64,000 bases of DNA from Mobula hypostoma (GCF_963921235.1 NC_086097.1:196046001-196110000), one strand, 5' to 3'; shown: positions 35,909 to 48,739, counted from the first letter of the stretch. Numbers and translations: made by a program. Notes: generated by a model not told the origin, from the sequence alone.

Positions 35909-36664
35909 TATATAGGGTATCTGGATTTTTTACTTGGGCTTTTGAAACAGACACCTGTATTGAATATTCAGAGATTCTGCTGCTGTGGTGTGCTACCACT
36001 GATTATATGTAATTTTGTAAATTGACCTGACTATATTCAAAATGTTAAAGAACTGAAAATGTAGTTAATTGTTTATTATTATCTTTGTGCTGGAGAAGTA
36101 TAAGACATCGTGTCAGGAGGGTGAAATTCTCCTGGGCTCCCTTCCCTGAAAATTCGCTGTATGAATAAAGAATTTTATGTTTTTCAGCTACAGCTTCCAC
36201 GTGGCCTAGTTTTCGTCAGTCACAACAGTACCAAATATTGTATGTTTCACTGCCAATATTCATACACCAGTGAGATGTTGGAAAATCAGAATCATTTTCA
36301 TTAAAGGCTGAAAATCAACTTGTGCATTCAATTAAACCATTGACCAGGGTGAGCATTACAATCCAATTATAAATTAGTCACTAGCAATAAAGAATGAAAT
36401 TGACCATGAACTTTCTGTGATAATTATTGCATTTGGATTTGTTTCCTTTCTCGAAGATGGCCATGGTTATTACTTGACCCATCATATTCAACCCAGCCAC
36501 AGGATGTAAGTTGATGAATTAATGAATGATATCTCCCTCTATCAAGTTTTAGAACTTCAAAAAGGATCACTCTCTGCTTCCAAGTTGTTCAGGGGCTGTA
36601 ACAAAATGATTGCGGTGTTACAGAGTTAAGGGACAGAGTTATACTTGTGGAATCCTTTTAACGT

Positions 36665-37060
36665 GTTCCCTTCTCTGAGGGTCATCAGCTTGTCAGGGTG
36701 GAGAGGCTTGTGAGTTCCTCAGATCCCAAGAGCGATGCCGCCTGGAATTTAGCTTCTGGTAGGGTCACCCATGGTGGTTAGGTCAAAGATAAAGAGAAAT
36801 CCAACCGAGACCTCAACGGTGGAGCAGGCAGAAGACGATGACACATCACAACAGCAGTGAAGGTGGAGGAAGGCTGCAGCAGTGAAGGGTCTTTAGTTGT
36901 CTTGCATGCCATGCCACTGGATCCTGACCCTGACCTGTCAAGGGCCGTGTGAGGGCTGCCTCTGCATCAACCTCTCCACATTAAAGAAAATCACGCACAG
37001 GTGTTCTCCATTAAGAGAATAACCCCTTGGGAGAACATTAGAATCGACTTGAGTGATCAC
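36665..37060 (+). mobile_element. Short RTE-derived element retaining an RTE-type 5' leader
   Basis: cttgtcagggtggagaggcttg...ctggtagggtcacccatggtgg..aggtc resembles the Rex3/Expander-type 5' end; no long ORF. Confidence 0.6.
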
Positions 37061-37339
37061 ACTACTAATGTGTTCCATACAGAAAGTGTCACCTGTCATT
37101 CACCTGTCTTTCAGCTCTGCTCTTCACTCTCGGTGGGATGGGTCCTTCACATTTAGGACATAGATGGTCCTGAGCACACTGAAGAAACTGTTCACGCCAT
37201 GATTAGTTCTGTTGGTCATCAAGGGTTATAAATAAACTGCAAAATGACCAGATGCAACAAATTAAGGACAATGGAAGTAAACAAAACAAATATCTTTATT
37301 GTTGCCTTGTGTGGAAGGAGTAGAGCCCACTATTTTGTG

Positions 37340-39830
37340 AGACTGTTGTCAATGCGATACACAGCGACGTTTTGCGGGCTGCTCACAAAAATTCAACATA
37401 CCTCTTCTGAACTATTGTCACTGCAATCTGCAGCCTGTATTATCCTTTTAAGTAACGTACTTCCAAACAGTCTTAACAAACTAGCAATTTTACGATATCC
37501 AGAAGGACTCGGCAGACTCAACCCTCAGAAAAGCAGGTAAGACACCTTTCAGTGGACAAAGGTCCATTGCTATAGCCGGAAGAGAGAAAGGGTGGGAAGG
37601 CTTCAAGCCAGGTTAAGACGGCGGGGTGTCAAACTCTCTCTACGCAGTATCTTGTTAGCAAATGTGCAGTCTCTAGAGAACATAAGGGCAAGATTGGAGG
37701 GAAATGAGGTATTGCTGCATTCTCTGTTTTATTGAGACGTGGCTCACCCTGGACAGGCCAGATATGGCAGCCAGACTCGAGGGCTTATTGATCTACTGGA
37801 TGGACTGGACTGCTGATTTGAAGAGAGCAAAAAGTGGGGTTCTGTGTTTCATGCTAAACACGTCATGGTACTTGGACTTAGCAGTCTTGTTGCACTCTTG
37901 TTCTCCCTAACTGGAACACTTAATGACTAGTGCCATCCATTATATTTACCGAGAGAGTTCTCCTCTGTGAAACACAGCACAGTTTGCATACCGCCAATGG
38001 CTGTTGTTAAACAAGCACTCGATGTTTTGAATGTCATGATTGGCAAACAAAAAACGGTTAGCCCCGACACGTTTCAAATCATTGCTGGGGACTTCAATCA
38101 AGCTTGCTTGAAAAAAATCTCTGCACTATTGTCATCAACATATCACCTGCAACACAAGGGGACCCAATACACTCGACCACTGTTATGCTACCACTCCATT
38201 TCTAGGCTGCATTTCAGGAAATCTGAACATCTGGCTGTCCTCCTCCTCCTGCTTGCATACAGGCAAAATCTAAAGAGCAAAGCTCCAACAGTAAAGACAG
38301 CAAAGATGTGATCACGGGAGGCAGACTGTTTCCAGTCAGTGGACTGGGCCATGTTCAAGGACTCATCAGAGGATCTAAATTATCACGCTTAGTTATGGAT
38401 GAGGTTGTCCCCATGCAGCGGTGAGTGCAATGCTATTGCAACCCAGGATATTCTGGAGTTCAGAGTTCAATTCTGGTACCGTTCTGTAAGGATTCTCTGT
38501 ACATCTTCTCTGAGGAATACATGAGATTTCCCTGGATCCTCTGGTTCCCTCCCACAGTTGAAAGATGAACCAGGTAGGTTACATAGTCATTGTAAATTGT
38601 CCCGTGATTAGATTAGTTTTAATCAGGGTTGTGGGGTTGCTGGGGCAGTGTGGCTCGAAGGATGGAAAGGGCACTTTATCACTAAATAAAATAAAATCAT
38701 CTAGAATCTTCCCCAACCAGAAGCCCTGAGTGAACCAAAAGACCTGCAGTCTGCTGAGGGCCAGATCAGTCGCATTCAGGTCTGACAACCAAGTAAAATA
38801 CAAGAGGTCCAGTTACGACCTCCAGAAAGCCAACTCGCATAAGGATGCTTGACAGCTGTGGAAGGGCTTGAATGCTATCACCCCCTACAAGGTAAAACCA
38901 AACGACATGTGTGACAACAAGGCTTCACTCCCCCATGAGCTCAATGTCTTTTATGCTCGCTTTGACCAACAAAACATGGAGGCATCTTCACGAGCTCCCA
39001 CAGCCCCCAACGACCCTGAGATTTCAGTATTTAAGGCCAACATGAGGGTGAACCCACAGAAAACATCTGGCCCAGATAGGGTATTTGGCCGAATACTGAA
39101 GACCTGTGCTGATCAACTGGTTGGAGTGTTCACTGAGATCTTTAAACTTTTGCTTTGGCAGTCTGAGATACCCACCTGCTTCAAGCAGGCTTCAGTTATA
39201 CTGGTGACCTGCCTCAATGATTGTCGCTCAGTGGCACTTATGTCCACTGTGATGAAGTGCTTTGAGAGGCTGCTGATGAAACATATCAATTCCTGCTTCA
39301 GGAGCAAATTGGATCCACTCTTATTTGCCTAACGTCACAACAGGTTGACAGCAGATGCTATTTCTCTTCACTCAACCCTGGAGTATCTGGACAGTGATGA
39401 TCTTCATTGACTGCAGCTCAGTATTTAATATAATCACCCCCTCAAAATTAATCAATAAACTCCAAGAACTAGTCCTCAATTCCTCCTTGTGCAACTGGAT
39501 CCTCGATTTCCTCACTAACAGAGCCCAGGCAGTTCAGCTTAGCAACAATATCTTCTCCACAATCACCATCAGCACAGGTTCACCAGAAGGCTATGTGATT
39601 AGCCCCCTGCTCTACTTGATTTATGCTTATGACTGTGAGGCCAAGCACAGCTCCAATCCCATGTTTAATTTTGCTGGTGACATCATTGTCATTGGCTGAT
39701 TCAAAGGTGGTGACGACTCAGCATATAGGAGGGCAAGTGAAAATCTGGCTGAATGGTGCCACAACAGCAATGTCTCACTCAATGTCAGCAAAACCAAAGA
39801 GCTGATTATTGACTACCAGAGGAGGAAACT
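37340..39830 (+). mobile_element. Rex1/Babar LINE from 5' end through RT, degraded, interrupted by a SINE
   Basis: RLRRRG..SILLANVQSLEN, CFIETWL, IAGDFNQA, SGPDRVFGRILKTCADQL and VMKCFERL motifs. Confidence 0.88.
38400..38698 (+). mobile_element. V-SINE (HE1-like)
   Basis: tRNA-like head, V-domain-like core ctctggttccctcccacag..aaaga, gtaaattgtcccgtgattag; A-rich tail. Confidence 0.75.
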
Positions 39831-40063
39831 GGAGATGAGTTATTAACTTCAAACTTTCTGCATAATCACTCAAAGAGTTGAACTACATGTGCACGTAACG
39901 AGAGCTGTATAACTCATCTCCTTCTACCTTAGGCCACGAACTTATCAATCACCCATGCTGTGGACCAGAGAAGGGATCCATAAGCTCCATGACCGCTGGA
40001 CTCAGTGTGTAAACGTAGGAGGGGACTATGTTGAAATAGGCCATGAACTTATCAATCACCCCT
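39830..40063 (+). mobile_element. Mariner-like remnant
   Basis: EGIHKLHDRWTQCVNVGGDYVE (mariner C-terminus); ggccacgaacttatcaatcaccc terminal motif present twice. Confidence 0.75.
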
Positions 40064-40449
40064 CATCATTTTTGTGTTGATACAATAAAGTGCAACTTTT
40101 GAATCGATTACGATTCACATGGTCACTTACCTAATCTAAGGTCGTTGACTGAGGTAAGGGTCAAGAGTTCTCTGCAAAATATTGGATCTTCTGTGCCATT
40201 TGCAAGTCCCATTTGTCCTTTTAGGTTATGAAATTTATGTTGGGTCTCTAAGGTGACTAAAAGGAATAGTCTTTCATTAGTAGCAAAGCAATATCATTTT
40301 TACAAAACCATATTAAACAAAGGAATTAAGGGCAAGAGTAGGCCATTTGACCCTTTGATCCCACTTCACCATTTAATTGATCCTGGCTGATTTCCATATT
40401 TAATACCTTGTTCCTGCATTTAAAACTGATTTGCATAGAGATTAAAAGT

Positions 40450-41010
40450 TCAGGAGTAGAGTTCAAAGGTGGGGGGAAGGGAGGGAGAAACACAAGGTGA
40501 TAGGTGAAACTGGAAGGGGGAGGGGTGAAGTAAAGAGCTGGGAAATTGATTGGTGAAAAAGATACAGACTGGAGAAGGTGGTGTCTGATAGGAGAGGACA
40601 AAAGGCCATGGAAGAAAGAAAAGTGGTGAGAAGCAACAGAGGGAGGTGATTGGTAGGAAAGAAGATAAGGTGAATGAGGGAAAAGGGGATAGGGAATGGT
40701 GAAGGTGAGGTAGGGGGCATTACCAGGTTCAAGAAATCAATGTTCATGACATCAGGTTGGAGGCTACCCAGATGGAATACAAGGTGTTGTTCCTCCAGGC
40801 TGAGTGCAGCCTCATCATGACAGTGGAGGAGGCCATGGATAGGTATATCAGCATGCCATCAGGTTTATTTCTCCAGTCCTGCTGAAGGGTCTTGGCCCAA
40901 AACATTGACTGTACTCTTTTTCCATAAATGCTGCCTGGACTGCTGAGTTCCTCCAGCATTTTGTGTGTGTGTTGCTTGGATTTCCAGCATCTGCAGATTT
41001 TCTCTTATTT
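40450..41010. mobile_element. Penelope-like fragment with inverted arrangement
   Basis: GIY-YIG tail on minus (40740-40850); terminal repeat on plus (40865-41010) with a decayed hammerhead. Confidence 0.75.
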
Positions 41011-41079
41011 CTGTATAGAGATTTCTTCTTTCACTGTATAATGAATATCTGGAATTTTCTGCCCAGGAGGCCAGATCAT

Positions 41080-43460
41080 AAAACATAGAAAATTATAGTG
41101 CAGGAATAGGCCATTTGACCTACCATGTCTGTGCTGACCAAGATGCTAATCTAAATTAAACCCCTCTGCCTTGCAGATGGTTTATATTGCTCTGTCCCCG
41201 CCTGTTCATGTGTCTGTGTAAATGCCTCTTACATGTTGCTATTGTCTGCGCTTCCACTATCTCTTCTGGTAGTGTGTTCCAGGCACCTACCATTCTCTGT
41301 GTAAACAACTTGCCTTCCAAATCTTGTTTAATCCTGCCCCTCCCAGCTTAAATCAATGCCCTCCAATGTTTGACATTTACTCCCAGGAAGAAGCTCTGAC
41401 AATCTACTTTATCTTTGCCTCCCATAATTTTATCTACTTCTATCAGGCCACCATACCTTCATGCTCCACTCTTAGCTTCTTACGCTCCAGAGAAAACAAT
41501 TCAAATTTGTCCAGCCTCTCTTTATAGCTAATGCACTTCAATATACAGTAGGCAAGATCCTGGTGAAACTCTTGTAGTTATTGCCCCCTCTGAAAAGCAT
41601 CCATATCTCTCCTATAGTGTGGCAATCAGAACTGCTCATAATACTGCAGATGTGGCCTAACAAAAGTCTTATACAGCTGCAACATGAATTCCAATTTTTT
41701 ACACTCAGTGCCCTCACGGATGAATGCAGGCATGCCATTTGTTACCACCATATGAACTTGCGTTGGTACTTTCAAGGAGCTATGGACTTGGACCCATGAT
41801 CCTTCTACATATCAATGCTCCTAAGAGTCCTGACATTTACTGTATAATTTCCTCGTGCATTTCAATTCCTAGAATACTTGTACAGATTAAACTTGATCTG
41901 CCATTTCCCTGCCAAATTTCCAACAGATCTATGTCCTTCTGTATCCTCTGACAACTTTCTAGCCAAAATTCCATCAATTTTCATGTCTTCTGCAAACTTA
42001 CTGATCAAACCACCTACATTTTCATGCAGATTATTAGCCTATATTAAAAACAACAGAGATCCTAATGCTGATCCTCATGAAACCACACTGGCCATTTCCT
42101 CCAGTTAGTAAAACATGCCTCCACTGCTGCCTTTGTCTTCTCGAAGTTCGAAGTTCAAAGTTGAGTTTATCATCAGAGTACATACATGTCACCACATACA
42201 ACCCTGAGATTCTTTTTCTGACCGCCTACTCAGCAAATCTATAGAACAGTAACTGTAAACAGGATCAGTTTGTACAAACTGTACAAATGCAAATATAAAT
42301 AAATAGCAATAAATAACAAACACGAAATAACAAGATAAAGGGTCCTTAAATTGAGACCATCGGTTGCAGAACCATCAGAAGTAGAATAATTGTAGATATC
42401 CCCTTTTATTCAAGAGTGTAATGGTTGAGGGGTAGTAACTGTTCTTGAACCTGGTGATGTAAATCCTGAGGCACTTGCACCTTTTACCTGGCAGCAGTGA
42501 GAATAGAGCATGGCCTGGTGGTGAGGATCTTTGATGATGGACGCTGCTTTTCTACAGTAATGTTTCATGTAGATGTGCTCGATGGTTGGGAGGTCTTTAC
42601 CTGTGGTGTACTGGGCCAAATCCATTACCTTTTGTAGGACTTTCTGCTCAAAGGTGTTGGTGTTCCCATCCCAGGCCATAATGCAGCCAGTCAGCACCCT
42701 TTCTACCACACATCTATAGACGTTTGCCAAGGTTTTTGATGACATGCTGAAACTCTGCGGACTCCTGAGGAAGTAAAGGATATAGTCAAACAAATTTTGG
42801 ACCCAATTTACCAACTCACTGAGTCCCATGTGACTTAATGTCTTGCACAAACCCACCAGAAGAGACTTCGTCAAATACTTTACTAAAATCCATATAGACA
42901 ACATCCATTGCCCTGTACTTAACAATCATCTCTATCACTTCATCAACAAACTCAATTAAATTTGTCAGACATTACCTCCCCTGCACAAAGCCATCTCTAA
43001 TAAGTCCCTGCTTTTCTAAATGCAAGTAAATCCTATCTTTAAGAATCTTCTCCGATAATTTTCCTACCAACAATGTAAGGCCTATAATTTCCTGTTGCCC
43101 TTCTTAAACAAAGGGACAATATTGGCTATTCTCCTGTTTTCTGGCACATTGCCAGGAGCTAAAGAAGATACAAAGATTTCTGTTAAGACCCTATCGATCT
43201 CCTCCCTTGCTTCCCTCAGCATCCTCGGATAGATCCCATCAGGCCCTGGGCATTTATCCACCTTAATGTTTTTCAAGAGACCCAACACCTCCTCCTTCCT
43301 TTAATAGATATTTTCAACAGACCTCTCCTTACTCTTGCCACCATCCATTTCCTTTCTTGCTAAATACCAATGCACAGAACTCATTAAGGAACTCACCACT
43401 GTCTCCGTGTATAAATTCATTCTCTTGTGCTAGAGTAGAGTCATCCTTTCCCTAGCTACC
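41080..43460 (-). mobile_element. CR1 LINE, degraded, interrupted by a Rex1 3' fragment (42140-42778, minus)
   Basis: DKCPGPDGIYPRMLREAREEI (CR1) and YRCVVERVLTGCIMAW (Rex1). Confidence 0.85.
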
Positions 43461-43919
43461 ATCATGCTCCTAAACAGCAAGGCAAATAAGAGGGACTGCG
43501 TGGCCTCTTCCAGCTCCATTTTTGTGTTCTTTTGCTTTCTCTCCATATCCCTTGGTCTCCTTCACCACTGGTACCAGATCTTTTACTCGGCTCCGTTCTG
43601 CATGATCTACCCCATGCCCTTAGGATGTCACCTGGGTTAGACTTTTCCAACATTGAGAATAGCCTTCCTGCATCTAATATGTATTTTACCATAACGATTT
43701 TAGTATTTTGATGGGGTCAGACTCAGGCGAATACAAGATCAGTTGTTCAAACCTTTTTCTCTTAAGTTAATTCTGACATTCCTGGAATTATCTTAGTGAA
43801 TCCATCTTCTGTCTATGACACTGCCCTATATTTCCAGTCTGAAGTGAAAGAGATGGGTCTACATATAAAAATCTATGGAACCATATTTTTTTAATATATA
43901 TATATATATATAATGCAAC

Positions 43920-44650
43920 AAAATGGTGGGGGATTCCAACATACTCTGCCGTCTTAGAATTCCTGTTCAGTTTTCACAATACCCCTGACGATTTCAAAGC
44001 TTGCTAATAACACTAGAGGAGCAGGAGGAATGTTTCAGCAAGGGAGTGACGTTTTGCACTTTGAAGCCAAATGAAAACCAGATTTTGTTGCGCTCATTTC
44101 TCTTAGGAGTCATGTAATGTGTAACACGATCAGGACATATTCGTTCGTATTCGGCCAAAGCATTACCTGAAGCTGTGGAGGAATGTGTGTTCATCCTCAC
44201 TGTATATAAATGTTGGGAGAGTAGGCAGATGATGAAAACGTGCTAGAGGAGAGCTTGCAGTCTGGGTACTTCCTTTTACGTTTTACATTTTTGTGGTCTG
44301 CTTGTAGCCAGTGGATTAAATCCTCTACTTAAAACTTTCAAAGATCCAGACACTTTGCTTTCTGCAGTTTGTAATCCGAGAGAGCGACACTCTCAGTGCA
44401 AGTTTGCCGGCTTTCCAATATCAGCGGATATTCCGAATCTTGTTTTATAAACGTTTTCATTTTCGCATATCTTCAAAAGAAATTCCAAGTATATGAAGTT
44501 TGAACGTTCTGGATTCCCAATTTCTCAGATGTAATACATTGATATTTATAGAAAGTTCCAGCATGAGAGGTGCCAAGAACAATTAAAGAGGTTATATTTT
44601 TATTTTGAAACTATAGTTTTCTTCCCTTTTTGTGTCTCTTCACCCACGAA
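43920..44650 (+). promoter_or_regulatory. Putative promoter and 5' UTR of the plus-strand gene (COLEC12)
   Basis: TATATAAA at 44203-44210; two GGAATGT (TEAD-like) motifs near 44027 and 44180; repeat-free with CpG retained. Confidence 0.5.
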
Positions 44651-44657
44651 ATGAAAG
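44651..44657 (+). CDS. COLEC12: Probable first coding exon end of collectin-12 (ATG AAA G, 'MK(D)')
   Basis: ATGAAAG followed by donor GTAGGT in a repeat-free CpG-containing island downstream of a TATA box. Vertebrate COLEC12 starts MKDDF with a very short first coding exon and lies upstream of and divergent from TYMS (recalled synteny). Exon 2 was not found in the window, so the call rests on 7 nt plus context. Confidence 0.6.
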
Positions 44658-45334
44658 GTAGGTCCGAAGTTAGAGCGAAGTGTTACCGTATTTGCACGTT
44701 TAATGCTAGAAATCGCTGCTGTTTCGATGATGTGATGATATGTCCTTGAATGCTTTCTTCTATTGAAAATGTTTCAATGTGAACTCTTAGAAATGTCTAA
44801 CTTATGTCATAACCCGATTAATTTTGTTAAAATTAGCTATTCTTAATGTGGCACTTACAGCACAAGAGATTCTTAATATTATTTATGTTTAATCGTGGAT
44901 TAACTTTGCCGCTACTTTGTTATGTTGGGTCGACGCTGCTTTCTGCTTGGTAAAGTGTTCGAAAGCAGCGGAGGAGAAGGAGTAAAACATAAAACCATAA
45001 CGTTGCTCATAAATGTTCCGAAACTTAGTCCAAAATGAATAACGATGGATCGACTTCGCAATCCGAAATTTCCAATCATCTTGTTTACATTCTGAAAGCA
45101 GGAATTTTGACCTCGGGGTATTCAATGTCTTTTAATTCGCTTTCCTAAAAAAATAACATCTGGTAGTAATTTTGTGGCAACGGGACTAGAACTGCTTTCC
45201 TCGGCTGCTTGGAGTGGTTTTGAAATCTCCAGCAAAGGCAACATGCAGACATCACAGGAGAAAACGTTTGGTTGCTATACAGTTCTGGAGTCGCTCTAAT
45301 CGCAGCCCTTCTGTAAATTTATGTTTGTATCTTC

Positions 45335-45570
45335 ATCAATGACATGCATTTATATCGTACTTTGAAGATAGCAAAATGTCCCAAAGCACTGACTGCCCTA
45401 TATATAAAGTTCAACCGTGAGTCCCAAAAGGAGATATTAGAATAGAAGACTCAGAGCCTGGTCAAAGAGAAGGGTTTTTAAGGAGAGTTTTGAAAGGGGA
45501 ATGGAATTTCAGGGGCAAGAGCATCTGAAGCTGAAGATATGGACCACCAGTGGAGAATTACCTCCAGATA
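45335..45570 (-). mobile_element. L2 LINE 3' end relic
   Basis: tgcatttatatcgtactttg..tgtcccaaagcac..ggagatattag..ggtcaaagagaagggtttttaaggag resembles a reversed shark L2 tail; recalled similarity. Confidence 0.5.
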
Positions 45571-45574
45571 TGGA

Positions 45575-47587
45575 TGCATAGAAAGGATGATAGGGTACAG
45601 GAAACGTGGTGTACAAAGGCTGATGTAAGTCTTGTCAACAAAAGAAAAGCTTAGGAAAGGTTAAAAAAAACTAGAAGATTATAAGGCCAGCAGGAAGGAG
45701 TTTAAGAACGAAATTAGGAGAGCCAGAACCGGCCATGAGAAGGCCTTGGCAGACAGGATTAAGGAAAACCCCAAGGTATTCTACAAGTATGTGATGAGCA
45801 AGCGGATAAGACACGTGAGTATAGGACCAATCAAGTGTGACAGTGGAAAAGTGTGTATGGAACTGGAGGAGATAGCAGAGGTACTTAATAAATACCTTGC
45901 TTCAGTATTCACTACGGAAAAGGATCTTGGCGATTGTAGGGATGCTTTACAGCAGACTGAAAAGCTTGAGCATGTAGATATTAAGAAAGAGGATGTGCTG
46001 GAGCTTTTGGAAAGCATCAAGTTGGATAAGTCACCAGGACTGAACAAGATGTACCCCAGGCTACTGAGGGAGGCAAGGGAAGAGATTGCTAAGCCTCTGG
46101 CGATGATCTTTGCATCATCAATGGGGATGGGAGAGATTCCAGAGGATTGGAAGCTTGCGATGTTGTTCCCTTATTCAAGGAAGGGAGTAGAGATAGCCCA
46201 GGAAATTATAGACCAGTGAGTCTTATTTCAGCGGCTGGTAAGTTGATGGAGAAGATCCTGAGAGGCAGGATTTATGAACATTTGGAGAGGCATAATATGG
46301 TTAGGAATAGTCAGCATGGCTTTGTCAAAGGCAGGTTGTGCCTTGCGAGCCTGATTTGAATTTTTTGAGGATGTGACTAAACACATTGATGAAGGTAGAG
46401 CAGTAGATGTAGTGTATATGGATTTCAACAAGGCATTTGATAAGGTAAGCCCAAGCAAGGCTTATTGAGAAAGTAAGGAGGCATGGGATCCAAGGGGCCA
46501 TTGCTTTGTAGATCCTGAATTGGCTTGCCCACAGAAGGCAAAAAGTGGTTGTAGACAGGTCATATTCTGCATGGAGGTCAGTGACCAGTGGTGTGCCTCA
46601 GGGATCTGCTCTGGGACCCCTACTCTTCATGATTTTTATAAATGATCTGGATGAGGAAGTGGAGGGATGGATTCGTAAATTTACCGATGACACAAAGGTT
46701 GGGGGTGTTGTGGATAGTGTGGAGGGATGTCACAGTTTACAGTGGGACATTGATAGGATGCAAAACTGGGCTGAGAAGTGGCAGATGGAGTTCAACCCAG
46801 ATAAGTGTGAAGTGGTTCATTTTGGTAGGTCAAATATGGTGGCAGAATATAGCATTAATGGTGAGACTCTTGGCAGTGTGGAGGATCAGAGGGATCTTGG
46901 GGTCTGAGTCCATGGGACACTCAAAGCTGCTGCGCATGTTGACCCTGTGGTTAAGAAGTCATACGGTGCATTGGCCTTCATCATTCGTGGGATTGAGTTT
47001 AGGAGCAGAGAGGTAATGTTGCAGCTATATAGGACCCTGGTCAGACCCCACTTGGAGTACTGTGCTCAGTTCTGGTCGCCTCACTACGGGAAGGATGTAG
47101 AAACCATTGAAAGGGTGTGGAAACCATAGAAAGGATGCAGAGGAGATTTACAAGGTTGTTGCCTGGATTAGGGAGCATGCCTTATGAGAATAGACTGAGT
47201 GAACTCGGCCTTTTCTCCTTGGAGAAACAGAGGATGAGAGGTGACCTGATAGAGGTATATAAGATGATGAGAGGCATTGATCATGTGGATAGTCAGAGGC
47301 TTTTTCCCAGGGCTGAAATGGCTAGCACAAGAGGGCATAGTTTTAAGGTGCTTGGAAGTAGGTACAGAGGAGATGTCAGGGGTACGTTTTTTTTTATGTG
47401 GGCTGCCGGCGACGGTGGTGGAGGCTGATATGATAGGGTCTTTAAAGAGACTCTTGGATAGGTACATGGAGCTTAGAAAAATATGTAATTATAGGTAATC
47501 CTAGGTAATTTCTAAGGTAAGGATATGTCAGCACAGCTTTGGGGGCCAAAGGGCCTGTGCTGTATGTTCTCCAGTTTCTATGTTTCT
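45575..47587 (+). mobile_element. CR1 LINE 3' ~2 kb, relatively young but frameshifted
   Basis: KENPKVFYKY, DKSPGL, PGNYRPVSL, GVPQGSALGP, FTDDTKVGG and LVRPHLEYCAQFWSP motifs; tail tttctatgtttcta. Confidence 0.92.
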
Positions 47588-48703
47588 AAATATATTTATT
47601 AGGGCAGAACTGGAGAGATATAGGACTGAAATAGATTATCCAGATTGGGAGTCTCCAACCTGATACAGTGCTTCTGTTTTTCTCCCCACAGATGCCACAT
47701 GACCTGCTGAGTATTTCCAGCATTTTCTGTTTTTGTATTACATTTCCAGCATCCCCAGTTCCTTTGATTTTCACTTGGGAGACTCTTTTGTTTCAATGGG
47801 ATACCTGCCCAATGAACAGTTGGATTTACTTAAGCAGAAATAATATTTTTGCTTAAGTAAGTCCAAATTAGGAAGCAAAAATATAAGATCAGAGATCTGT
47901 TGGTGCACACATATTATAGTTCCTGAAAATCGGGCAAAGATCATGATGCATGATTGACTTCTTCCTTCGGTTGAATGCGAGCAGCACAACAACTTAATAT
48001 TGACGGTCATTGTAATGATTTTGATGTCTGGCCAATGCAAATCACACCATTGTTTATTTGGGCATATCACCAAGAAGCCAGTGTGGTCTGTGGCTAACAC
48101 AGGTTAAACCTAGCTAATAATTCTTAAAGTGTACCTACATCTCTTAAAGGGGAGGGGAGGTGTTGGTGCTTGTATTTCAGATGATCAGCTACTGGCTGTT
48201 CCACCTTCTATTCTGAGCACCAGAGTGAGTGAAATGAAAGGTTTTGAAGCATCATACTGGAGACTTTTCGTCATGGATTGTCACAAACTAAAGGCATTGT
48301 CACTGCCACTTGGATACCAAACATTTATTCCATTAATCCACACAAATATAGTTACACAAGAGCTGTTTGTTCCAATTATGGAATTCCTTTAAGGATCTGT
48401 TATGCAATCAATGCATAGAATTACATCGACATATGACATAGAAACATTCCCACAATCATTCTCGTGAAAAACCTCTCAACCCTCTCCCATGTCTACACAT
48501 CCTTTCTTAAATAAGGGATCCAAAACTGCTCACTATACTCCAAGTGAGCATCCCAATGTCTTGTACATAGAAACCTGTCATTTGGCCTAACCTTTCCATG
48601 CCATTATTTCTGCCCTATGAAAACCTTCTGTAGTTTTTCCTCAACACACATCAAAGTTGCTGGTGAACGCAGCAGGCCAGGCAGCATCTCTAGGAAGAGG
48701 TAC

Positions 48704-48739
48704 AGTCGACGTTTCAGGCCGAGACCCTTCGTCAGGACT
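48704..48739 (-). ncRNA. Minimal hammerhead ribozyme motif
   Basis: AGUC-CUGACGA-AGGGUCUCGGCCU-GAAAC-GUC-GACU. Confidence 0.72.

Noticed and set aside
47095..47137. Short duplication ggaaacca(t)tgaaagg in a CR1
   Set aside because: Ordinary slippage duplication in a dead LINE copy.
48181..48224. Possible COLEC12 exon 2 (tttcag|(D)DQLLAVPPSILSTR|gtgagt)
   Set aside because: It begins DD, but the rest does not resemble DDFAEEEEVQSFGYKRFG and the end phase does not fit; at most a cryptic exon.
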